From NCBI RefSeq assembly GCF_002113885.1, contig NW_018407955.1, forward strand, positions 1,301,835 through 1,365,834: a DNA stretch of 64,000 nt, written 5' to 3'. The notes below the pieces were generated by a model. That model worked only from the letters and a program-made list of their open reading frames with translations. It made no database searches and had not been told where the DNA came from. The stretch is from Mizuhopecten yessoensis (Eukaryota). Shown piece by piece: positions 39,101 to 51,426 of this stretch (its first letter is position 1; each line of letters opens with the position of its first letter). The position numbers and the translations under genes are program-made.

Positions 39101-42100
39101 TTGTTGATTAGGACAAGTGAGTACAAATTTACAAATATAAAAGATGGAAACTTATTTGTCCTTAAAATACAAAGTTTTAATTTCATAGTGACGATGTAAA
39201 TGATTAACAACTAACTTTTCGTTTTTGATAGATGATAATTGTATTCGTGCATATACTTGCCAAATACCCTGAATCCCCGGAATTCCTGGGGTTGTTCTAA
39301 CTTACATTTTCCTGCACCTCTGGAATACGTCATAACAAAGAAAAAATGTTTTCATTATTAACATCTAAATTTTTTGAGAGGGGTTAATTTTTGCGTTTTT
39401 TTTAAAAATAGTTCCATGAAATTGGACAATTCCAAAATATCTCATTTCTGAAAATTAATAACAATAGTAACAGAAAACCCCCGGATCTAAAATAGATGTT
39501 ACCATGGAAATGGCTACAATCTTGACGCTATCCGTATTACCCTCAATAAGGTGGTGACGATAGATATTGTGACGTTTTCAGAATAATGGCGAATGTGAGC
39601 TCCAGTAAAGGTGCTTCTGTAGTGCGATGTTTTTTACTGGCGATTACAACATGGAATTTGTTTTGACAAAAGCGTTATATAACACAACTGTCCGTTGTTA
39701 GGAAACATTACCAAAGCAAAGAAAATGGTTTTGACAAAGGAAGCGCCAACTAGCATGCGAAAATCTCCTAGGTCCAAAAAACTCATTCCTGAGACTTAAT
39801 ATCATCAATTTTCATTATGGGGATTTTCATTCAGCATGGTCCATCGTATTTGTCGTTTGGCCACTGAAGAGCATCCGCGGTTCGCGTGGAAACAATTCGC
39901 TTTTGATTTTTTTTTCTACAGATACTTCGACCAAGACAGCGTACTAGACAGAGTTCCCCGAATGTTTCTTGTGCTTGGAGGTTGTTACGCAGCCATTCAG
40001 CTTGTCGGGGTCATACTTTTGAAAGACCCACCAGAGAGCGTAAGTAGAGTATTATCGACAAGTCAAAGTCAAGGCTCAGCAAATATTTTTCAGAACAACT
40101 TGATTGGTTTATTGATCTGATTTAATTCTCAATTGTTTTCATATTTCGTGAGCCAGGCTTTGTTCCTTTTTCAATATCATTGTCATTAAAACTTAATATT
40201 TTATTTATGGTCATTCTATTATTATGCTATCAAATTTACCTTAGATTTCTGAGCAAGTCAACCGCAATGACGAGGAAACACAGCTGCTTTCATCCATGTA
40301 AGTTAAAGAAAAAGATTAAGAAATTTAAAGGTTAATTGATACAAATTTAAGGATCCCCATATCACTGCCAAAATCGGTCACTACGCATAGAAAACAACTT
40401 TCCGGCATGACAATAGCTCTGACAAATCATACTTCAGATTGTTATACTGTAGCTCTTACTAACTAAGCTAGCTGGTGAACCGAAGTGTACTGGCAAAACA
40501 GTGCTGCAATAATAACCAACACGAATTTAACCCCTGTTACTGTGTATACAAAAACAACTACAGGGCAGTGGACCAGGGATCCTTAAAGTAACATGTGGTG
40601 TTGCATGATTTATCTTAGTCTGAAACAAGTCTTACTGCTATAATGTACACGTTAAGCTATGTGAGCAGGACAAATGATTTAAGCGCAGTTTTGTATCATG
40701 CCTAAGTAAATGATTAGATATTGTTATCCAATGAACTGCTTTTTACTACATTTATAATAATGATTCAAAGCTATTACCCATCCACGTAAGCTGCTTTATA
40801 CTACTTTTATGTTAGTCCTAGTGGGCTGCTTTGTATCACGTTAACGTCAAATATTAATTGTTATTACCCCGGTGAGCTGTTAATACGTGTAATAAGATAG
40901 ATAGGCTTTGTAAATAAGATATATATGTATTACTTCAATAGCGGGAGTGTACATAATACCGACTATTCGCCAAGGCAGGTTCTGAAGAAGAAGTCATTTT
41001 ATATGCTGTGGTTTCTCTTTTTGTTTAATGGACAAGGGATCCAGTTTATATCGTCTCTGTATAAGGTAAGTATATAGGTAACCAAAATATTCATTTTCAT
41101 GTTCTGATTGTAAAATTGTAATGAGGCTAGATCAGGGTTCAAACCTTGCACCTTCCATTATTCCATCAATTCAATAGACTGTAGGTCTGAAAAATAGCTA
41201 CATGTACCCAGACAATGAAAGTGCCCTGGCCAAGTCGAGCTTAAAGTTATACCGAAAGCGAAATTAAGAGGAGGTAACAGTATGTACGTGTTTTGCCCCC
41301 ACTGGAACACGGATCCTTAAATCTCACCAGAACAATGACAAAACAACCTTTAGATGGTCGTATGAAGAGACTCGACTGGGTATAACTGTACTGTGCCGGC
41401 ACCTGTAGCGTAACACAGTTCACTGGCGCATGGCACAATATCAGTGGAATTGTTACTCAGCCGAGGGTTTGTGGTGCATGTATCAATGCTATTTTGTAAT
41501 CAAGTGACCTAATTGCCTGACGTGGTTTGTTCGTTAATCTACCGTTCAATTGGTAATCATAGAACATTTTCATCAAATAAAACGATATCTCTAATTATGA
41601 TCACGATATTTAAGGCCCTTAAAAAACACCCAACTCAATCATGTACATTCGCAAGGTTATTGAGATCGTAGTGCCAATTGTCACAAATGCAAATGATGTT
41701 ATGACCAAGCTGACTTTTGTCGTCAAAGGTTATAGCTGATATTCTCAATGTGCATATTCACACAACTCGTCGATGATGCTAGGATAAAAAACGATGGAAA
41801 TCCAAACTAGTTTTAAACACTTTTGAAGCATAGTTGAGGTGCCTAAAATCTCTTTGCTGCAAGAATTAAGAAACTTGGAAGTGTAGTAGCATACAAAAAC
41901 ATGTGTTTATAATATAAACCATACTTCTACACAAAATTAACAATCGTGGTCATCAAGCTTAAGGCAAACCTCAAAGTCTAAGAAATCCAGTGTTCCACTT
42001 TAAATGAAATCACATAATTGTCACTGTATTGTCCAAGTGGAATAAAATAAAATAATAATATACTCTCAATATTTCAGACATATGGGCAGACGTTCATCAA

Positions 42101-44326
42101 AGATGATCACTTTCTAGCTATTGTCGGCTCCCTAGCGGCTGTGTGCAATGGTGGAGGGCGGATATTATGGGGCTACCTGGCAGACAAGTTTTGTTTCAAG
42201 GCAAGTTTTATTTCACATAGCATCAATTTGATTTCATGTTGTGACCTTTCCTTCAAGGAACTTATTTCTATTTGCCAAAAAAATTGAAGTAGTGAAAACA
42301 AAGAAAAAAATGCGAACGTAAATAAACAGAAGGCAACGAAGAAGATACCAAAACAAAACATTCACGTTTATGAAGGCGGTAGCAGCACGTTTGTCAGCTC
42401 TCACGCTAGAGCTATCAAGGAGATGAAAGACAGGTTATCACGAGAAATGGCGAGATAATAAGTATATATTGATACGTCTTATATAATATACGAAAAAATA
42501 CCGTCGTTTTGATCCGAAAGACTGCTCTTCAGACATGTCTAGAATTTCCAGGTCTTGTGTGTGTGATACTACCGTTACATTTTAGGTAGCCTCCATACTG
42601 TCCTGTGGGTTGTTTTGTGTATGTATACTGACATTTCCTTTGACGGAAAGATTTGGCTCAGCCCTCTACCTCTTATACGTCTGCCTTCTGTTCCTGTCAT
42701 TTTCCGGTAATTTTTCACTTCTGCCAACGGCTACAGCGAAGTGTTTTGGACAGAAATACTACGCCATCAACTATGGATTCGTATTTACAGCTTCAGTACG
42801 TATATCTAGATTTTCTTGAATGTTGTTTGATATATACAAAACATTGCTTTGAGAACTAGTTGAAACGATCTTCTTAAGAAAAAGGTGATACACGTTATTC
42901 ATGTTAAATTGTTTCAATTGATGATAACGCTCGAATATAATGGCTGTAAACTGACTACTGATTGGTTATAATTGAGATATTTTCCAATTTCATTCAAGTT
43001 CATAGCACTGCTTCTTTACCACCACTTCATTGTGCCATTAAACATGATGGCCACCATAAAGTGACTTCATACTGCCGTTGTTCCATTTTATAAAAGTATG
43101 GTATATAAATGTATTGTGGCACTGCGAAATCTAGCACGGCATCCATAAACCATTTAAAAAGATGGCCGCTATAAAATAGTTTTTGATTTGTCAAAACTTA
43201 GGTATTGTCTGATTTTTAATGATTTTTTTTTATGTTGGTGTATTATGTTCATGTTGATAAAGAAATCAAGAGCAATCCACGCTTAGGAAAAAAACCATGC
43301 TTATCATAATTAAGATCGGTGTTGAAACATAATTAAATATGCTTTGGTAATACCGAGGTAAATGTTAACGTTAGACCGATTACATTTTTTGCTCTGCCAT
43401 AGTGCACAAGTGGTATGTCACTTTAAATGAGTTGATGGAAATACTGACACATAACAAGAACACATACATGTATACAACTTCCAGCACCAGGACAGCCAGA
43501 TGCATATGGATGTTCATAAGGGGATCTCGTGGTACAAGGGCTGCTTCTACCCATTCAATCTCCAGATTGTCTAGAATTTGTAATATAATAAAAGAAAATG
43601 TGAAACTGTTATTCCGGTAAAGTTAAGATCGATAGATTAGTTTCCCTGAAATTAGGTAAGATGCTGTACTTTGATAATGCATTGCAGTTTCGGCTTTTGT
43701 TTAATTGCAGATCGTTACAAGTCCAATAGGGGTTGTTCTTACATCGAATCTGCAGAACTCGTTAGGATGGTATGGACTATTTTTTATGGTTGCAGCGTTT
43801 TCGTTCACAAGTAAGTTTAATTAATTTTCCCTAAATTGTAACGAGACAACGAGGACCAGACAATCATTTGCTTATTACTGTCACTCGCATTTTTTAGTTT
43901 ATTGTCTTTTATGTATATCTTTATTTATTATAATTGATTCGTAGTTGACTGGGCACATGTGTCTGTTCCTGCACATTTTCTTGAGAGTTTTGTTTTAGTT
44001 ATCTAGTTAATGATTTAAAACGGCGTACTTGACTGTTACGAAAAGTTTATATATTCGATCATACTAATTAATTGGTAAATGGAGAAAAAACCTGGCACAT
44101 ATAATTCAATTTACGTATCTTATATTGAAAAAAAAAAAATCATTCGTCATAAGCCATTTTTGTGTTGTGTAAAATCCCTGCAGATCTAAGCCATTCATTG
44201 TTTATCTTCATGATTGCACCTGCTTTTTAGATACATAACTGCAATAATGGCTGCATATTATACATTTCAGGTGTGCTTATTTCTATATTCTTCAACGAAA
44301 AGCGACCGGACGGAACAGATATATGA
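36175..44326 (+). CDS. MFS transporter, oxalate:formate antiporter (OxlT/OFA)-like, 11 exons, 455 codons, with a premature TAG in exon 4
   Basis: Exons 36175-36301, 36740-36929, 37967-38093, 38977-39116, 39922-40039, 40245-40297, 40942-41065, 42078-42200 (GC donor), 42586-42795, 43711-43810 and 44271-44326. All phases are compatible (1368 nt). Motifs HLTLGTVYTFGN, KWLPDKRGLVNGLVVAGFGGG and GRILWGYLADK. TAG at 39109-39111. Confidence 0.9.
40351..40582. mobile_element. MITE with TTAA target duplication and GG...CC ends (Kolobok-type), in MFS intron 6
   Basis: TTAA|GGATCCCC...CACTGCC ... GGCAGTG...GGGATCC|TTAA. A related terminus occurs at about 8175-8214. Confidence 0.75.
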
Positions 44327-46899
44327 AGGTGCCGGACAGATGAGCATGTGAAGGAATCAAAATTGTCTGTCTGAGACACATATTTGTGATAAAAGGTTGT
44401 GTCGCCGTCCAGATAAGAATTGATAAAAAAACATTATTATGGATGAGGTGCCGGAAGTTCTTCCGGTTTATTCTTTCGTCTCCGTATTCTGTGATAACTG
44501 ATGTCTTTCTTTCGTTTAATACAATATATTGTATCAGTCCTGTTTCCACTAAACATAGTGTTGTTTTTGTAAATTTAACTTTACATTACTTTCATGAAAC
44601 AATGATGAAAAACTTGCTCATGACCAATTTAACATACAAGCATGGACATTAAATGTCGCAAACTTCATATCTTCAGTGTTTAAGGTGCAATCACATGTGT
44701 CTTACGTGTATCCTTCAACTCTAAATTTAAGGAGGTAAATCTATTACTTCGATGCCAACCGTATACATCAATAACAAAAATCTTACTTATACAATGACAC
44801 TGTCTTACCACATTTAAGTTAACTACTCAGTTGTCCATTGTTTGTAGTTTTGCATTGAAGATAGTTCGTTGTTTATATTGAACATATATATTTTAATGTA
44901 TTCCCTTGAATTCGTGTTTTGCTATTTACGTACATATTAAGGTTCTTAAATTACATATACTACCAAACATACGGCTTTTATCTGCGTTAATGTTTTTCAG
45001 TAAGTGTTAACTTATAAATCAGAGTACTTTGTTTACATTTCAAATATTTAAATTATCCAACTTCAAACTATTGTTCGTACACATAAAATATAATTTAAAA
45101 AAAAATACGAACGATCAAAATTAGTATCCTACTTCAAGCATTACATGTATCTGTTAAGTATTACAGGCACTTGATTTTAGCTTTTAGAATTGTTTTTTTC
45201 TCTAATGGCAGAACTCATTTGTGCCTTCGAACCTTAACCAATAAATTCAAAGTTTAAGGTAGGTCATTTTTCTTTTGATTGACTGACCATCATTAAGAAA
45301 ATATTATCATATTTATAAATTACTAGCAAATTGTAAATTGTTACAGCTAATTACTACAAAATAATGATTATAAATTAAAGCAGACGTTCAAAAATCCGCT
45401 CTTAAACCTTATCAAAACGCTTGATACAGATGATTATTAATAGCATTTTTGTGTACAATTATTTGAAGTTATGTTATTAAATATTATGATAAAACAACAT
45501 AAAAAGCTTGCAATGCAGAGTGATTTGTTTGTTATCTTTTAGACTAATCACGCTTGGTGGCTGCTTAGATTCTGTATAGTAAAACCTGTTCTAGTGACTT
45601 ATAACACAGACTGCACAACACAGGAGACATCACTGTTAATAACATAGACACACCTTAGTAATTAAGAAGTGAATTACGGTAATATTCTGTTTAACATATA
45701 TACCAGCATTCTGAATCAATCTTCTTCTAGTTGTTGAACAGGCATCTAAGTATTATGCTCTTACTGAACAGCAGCTGTCCTTGACCCTGTATGTACTTAA
45801 TGCGGTCATACAGAATTTGATTTTCTATTCTCAAAAACCTATGTAACAGGATTGAAGCGTTTTTGAAAAACTTCAGCTTTAATTTTAAAAACATTTTTTT
45901 CTCCCTCTTTTTTCTTAGGAGAAAAAGTGATAATAACATAAAACTGAAGTCACTAATGTTTGTATAATTTTTTATTTCGTCGGTTTTGTCGGTAATCTTC
46001 ATCCACTTAAGTCCACGAAGTAATTAATTACAAGTTAGATATGAAGCATTTCTTCGTTTGAGTAGGTATTTCACGATTTACCCCCGAAATGGTGTTATGT
46101 CGGGAAACCATGAAATTTGGGCTCAAGAAAAATTGACTAAAATATGTTTATTTACGTCATGGTTATAATCAAAGATTTTTTACTGAGTATACTCATCAAT
46201 ACTTTAGCCGTGCTATAGAATATACCGACCTGTTTACAAATCATACTCATATTGCCGTATTTAATATAAACCTTATCTGCATTATAGGGTCACTTTAAAT
46301 GATCATTCTACACGTTTTCTAGAGCTAGTTAGCATTCACATTACAGGCTCGAGGTTTGTCTGAAGGATGAACTGGTATTTTTGCAGTCAAAACATTATTC
46401 GACGCCGCTACATTTAACGTTCTTGTATTGTGTATATGTATTAGACATACTATAATTATCAATTCGCAAGAAAGAGAAAATCATGCATTTTCTTCGAGAG
46501 GAAATGGGGATTTATCCTTATAGATTTTGGAAAGTTTTATAAGCAGTTTTCCTATATCACACGATAAATCCTCTATGCTCATATATATATTTAACAATAA
46601 TAATCATATACAACATTTATATAGCGCCCTATCTAATTTTTAAAATTAATCTTAAGCGCTTTACGTTGAATACTTGTATTAAATCATATTTGGAGTATGT
46701 CGCTCTTCACATCTGTATCCGGTTACTATTGTATTTATATATGACGCTCAGAGTACGAACTGATACAATGACAATTTCAATTACTCACTAGCGTTGTGTT
46801 CCATGTATCTGTTAACCACTTTCCGGTATTACAAAGATGAGCTTATTGTGCATTGATAGATAAAAAGTATTTTTAGTCGCTGAAGTACTTGAGACGATT

Positions 46900-47200
46900 G
46901 AAAAGCCTACTCCAATTATCTGTTTCCTGTTGTACCATGACATCTGCTTTTAGTGAGTTGCCGAAAGTGTTCGTACCTTTTTTTCAGCGGTGTTTCATCC
47001 CTCTCTTCAGAAACAATGATTTCCCCTTTACAATCAAACGCTATTGACTTTGTAACTAACAAACGCGTAGTTCTCTCTCTGAGCCAGTACATACTGCCCA
47101 TACTTTGTTATTAAGAAAACGATCGCCCTTTGTTATCCACCATAATCACACTTGCAACGTGTTGATACAATCCGTCCTACAGTTTCTGAACAAATCTTCT
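46900..47200 (-). pseudogene. Fragment of a paralogue of the B-box/NHL gene (C-terminal propeller)
   Basis: KSIAFDCKGEIIVSEERD...RQLTKSRC aligns to KSIAYDCRGYIVVSEDRG...RQLTRNRC in ORF 54430-55971. Confidence 0.75.
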
Positions 47201-48699
47201 GGCAGTTGGTGTACACTTTCATATGAGTTGAGCTAAATATAAACATGCGCCTTTCCTTTAAATATGGATGCTTTGTTAAAGTTACGACAGTTATAATATC
47301 GTCGTCATCAGTGCCCTAGATGTCCTTTTGTAAATATTTACCATCGTATGGCATTAACACTATATAATCCTATCGCATTTAGATGGTATTCATATAGGCT
47401 ATAAATGCCATGAGACGATTGCTGACGTCATTGTTATTATGACGTCATAATCGTTAATTTGGATACCAATGACCCTTCTAGGACAGATGGCTGTTCGTTT
47501 CATTGAACAAGCATATACAACAAACAAAATATATGAACTCAACGCCGAATAAAATGAATGTTATTGAATTGTCTATCAGAAAACAGGTTTAAAAAATGGT
47601 CAAATGGACAAAGCCAAATCCAAAATTTAAATTGTCTTTGGCCAAATGGCACTGATAATGCCTAGGAATGCAGTTGTCTTGTTGCTTGCATGCAAATATA
47701 ACATTTGTGAAAAAAGATATCACTAAGAGGAGGAGAGGACCATATTCTTTTCGTCTTTTTTGACTCAAACGATTTTTCTGACTCTACATTTATAAGCCAT
47801 AGCTTTAACTTTTAATATTAACACAACTTGTTGAATTTAATCAAAAGCTGTCATACTGAATCAAAACGAAATTCGAACGTTATTTAAACGCCCAGAGGAA
47901 CAGATCATCAAACACACGCGTATGTTTCATCGTTTCATTTTCACTGTAGGATAAAATCATAAACAGAGTGTATAGATGCCCATGAGTCATTTATTTCAAT
48001 CCCTCTATGGTCAATACGGAAAACCATTAGGGCCATTTAGCAAAAAAGTTAATGTTCTTTTTTACGTGTTACTCGAAATTTGGAGATAGTACTTCAAAAT
48101 TTCAAGCTAATACCTCACATTTTCGACTTGATAACTCGGCAAAAAAATCGACTTACTTACAATGTACTGAGAATTGCGAGATAATTACTACAAATTTCGA
48201 TTTATTTACTCGAACTTTGTACCTATCGCCTACTGTACATCTACAGAAAAAACTCGACATTTGGAGTTATTTAGACGAAATTTTGAGATAATTCTCAAAA
48301 TTTCAAATAAATAATAATAAAAACGAAATATATTATTATTCATTAACTTAGTATTAATATTAAGCGAAACTTAAATTGATCGCACCAAGCCAATATCGGA
48401 TAAATCATGCACAACCATCACACAACGTAACTATCGCCACACGAAGTTTTCTGAAATCTACCACTCCGGTTGTTTTGCTTATCAAGCACGAGTTTCAATA
48501 GCTGAAGTTAGGCCACTCAGATTAATTCATTTTGACATGTGACCCTTAGTCTCTTCCGTTGGTGTATATACTAGCACTCATGTTTTATATTCACATTCGT
48601 TGGGATACAAGTACAAGGTGTGAATCAATGAAGATATATTGTACATGTGATGGGGAAGTGAATGATTATTCTTAGATTAAAGGTTTTGGATAGGAGAAA

Positions 48700-51426
48700 A
48701 TGTATAAAAAACTGCAAACATATCGCAAGTATATATTATTGATTATATCATTCGTCATTGTCATGGTTATTTGGCAGATATATTCACATTCAGACACTGA
48801 CGTATTAGAGCAACCGGTAGTTTTAACACACAACACATCTCATTGGGTAAATAAGACGTCTAAGACTGTGTTGATATGGACCGGATTCTTTTTTGACGAC
48901 ACCTGGGTGGATTCATTTAAGAACGCGTTTAAACTATATAAATGTAAGTGTATTGCTACAGCAGATAAATCGAAAATAAAATCTGCAGATGCAGTTGTAT
49001 TTCATCTCCATGATATAGATAGTTTAATACCCGACTATAGGGATGAAAGTCAGGTGTGGATAGTTACCAATGCAGAGCCACCTCCCAGAGTGTTTACTAG
49101 TAGAGATCTGAGACGAGTAAACAACATGTTTAACTGGACACTTACCTATAGACGTGATTCAACGATACATGCTTTCTACGGTCGATTTGGGCCTCTATCA
49201 AATAAGGAACAACTCAAATATACTCCAATCAATTATGCAGCGACGAAATCCAAAATGGCAGCATCGATCGTTAGTGATTGCGCCGATAATGCGGAGCGAT
49301 ACAGATGGTAAGCTATTTCACAACGTAGCCGAAACCCTCCCAAAGCATCTGTTTCTGTAGGTCACAGTACGAGATTTTGGGACACACAACAAGATTCTGA
49401 CTCCGACCGCAGAATACTTCAAGAACTAGCCCGCTATATCAACCTTCATCAATACGGGAGTTGTGGAACTCTATCCTGCCCACGAACAGGTGAAAGCAAA
49501 TGCAGGTCAAGCCAATATCGATTTAGGATTGCATTCGAGAATTCAAACTGCAGGGATTATATCACCGAGAAGTTTTGGAACACATTAAAGGACAACGTTA
49601 TTCCTGTTGTGAACTGGCCATGGCTTGAGGAAACAGCAATGACAGAACTTGTACCGCCGAAATCTTTCATTAATTTACATGACTTTGAAACCGTCGCAGA
49701 TCTAGGTAAATATTTAAACTATCTCACTCACAATGATGCAGAATTCAACAGTTACTTTGAATGGAAGAAACATTATCGACTGCTTATGAGTGTACCGTTC
49801 TCCAGCATCGACTTATGCACTAAACTGCATCAGCTACAGAAGGATCAGGAAATAACAGACTTGCACAGATGGTTACAAAATGATACGAGTACATGTAAGC
49901 CCATTTCGGTAAGTAAACTTTAAAAACAAACTATTTTTTCTGATACATTAAATATGATGACACGTAACGGTCCTTCACTGGTCGCATTTTAATCTCAAAC
50001 TATTACAATATTGAGGTAATACAAAATAGTATGAATGTGATGTGGATCTGGAAATCGTATAAACTATGGGTACTAACAACAACAATATACTTATACTGTA
50101 GGTATATGAATATGATGTTGTGTTTTAAACATAAACACACGAGTTAATTTTATTACACATATTGTCGAACATAATTTCCTGTCGATTCATGAGTCTTAAT
50201 AAGACGTTCTTAGCTATTGAAAAGGGCAGCTTGCTCATATGAAGGGATCTTGCATACATCAGTCACCGTATCACTCATACCAAGCACGCGATTTAAATAT
50301 TCTTGACTGTGACGTCCTAGTCCCTCCCCCCCCCCTAACGCCGGTTAAACCGTTTTTTAAATCAATAAAAAGACACATGTTCAGCACATTGGGCAAGGTT
50401 CTACCAGTTTAAGATTTAATTAAGCTATCAGGTTGTTCATGTTACAATGCTTTAGTTCTGTTAACATACAATTATCTCTGACCTCTTAAGTTACGGATGA
50501 AATAACTTTTTACCCTGATATAAAAAAACCATTATTTGCCTCAAAATTATTTAACGATTTATCTAATACACACTTTTAGCAGAAATATGTAAACCCATTT
50601 TTGCTTACAAATTTAATGTATATGTTACATTACGCTGCGCACTTTCATCTTTGGCAACAAAAATTTATAATATAATATAAGCTGGAAAAATCTTAATTCA
50701 TAATGATTCATAACTGTTGTAAAATAAATGAAATGTTTATAGATATATTTTGTAACAATTTTGATATATTTTATATTACATATTTATATACCTTTGATTG
50801 TTTTGTGTTATTCACTAAACTTTTTAAATTTTCTTTACCATAAGCTTCAGAACTCTGATCATTTCTTAAAAAGACATGCATTTTTGTGAACATTTCAAAA
50901 AATTGTATAACAATATCAGTTTCAAAAACCCGTATCACATTGCTTACAAATCTATTTCATCAGTCCTTGAAAGACTAGAATCCGCGATGCCATATGATTC
51001 ACAGAATGATCCGCCTTTGCACCTGTTCATAATTATTCTTTTAACACTTACGATAGGATTTTTCTGTTTATGACATACATTTGTATATGACTTGAAAATA
51101 AAAATAAATATGGAGTCACATGAACAATCAGCTATGACCGTCACAATCAGCTCACGACGGAAGAGGTAATAGGCAAATCAGGATGAAAACATATTACGGG
51201 GTAGTATTGCAATGATAATATCCTAATTAATCCTCCCCTATTCAGAGAGTGTAACGGGAAAGCTTTACCTTACCCTCAAGGTATGGAAAGATTCTATAAG
51301 TTATCTAAGAATCGGACGAAGCAATGATTATATGAAATTGATAACGTTTGAGTGTATCTTTTGTTTCAGGTTTTCAGTTCGCTCCGTATATATTTAGAAC
51401 TCTTTTTTTCCGGCAAGGGATGGTGA
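48700..51426 (+). CDS. Alpha-1,3-fucosyltransferase (GT10), about 385 aa, interrupted by a 108-bp insert containing a stop
   Basis: Type II membrane anchor, ADAVVFH, EPP, FNWTLTYRRDS and YRFRIAFENSNCRDYITEKFW motifs. Coding segments 48700-49305 and 49414-49908 are in the same frame, then a GTAAGT intron and a putative last exon 51370-51426. Confidence 0.9.
49306..49409 (-). mobile_element. 104-bp fragment of the 3' end of an L2-like LINE ORF2, inserted in the fucosyltransferase exon
   Basis: Minus strand reads LLCVPKSRTVTYRNRCFGRVSATL*NSLP, resembling the L2/CR1 ORF2 end (L.VP..RT..YG.R.F.......WNSLP). CAGA is duplicated at 49302-49305 and 49310+100 (49410-49413). Confidence 0.7.

Noticed and set aside
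48040-48310. Degenerate short repeats (CTCGAAA/TTCGAC) upstream of the fucosyltransferase
   Set aside because: Probably an old MITE interior; I could not define the termini.
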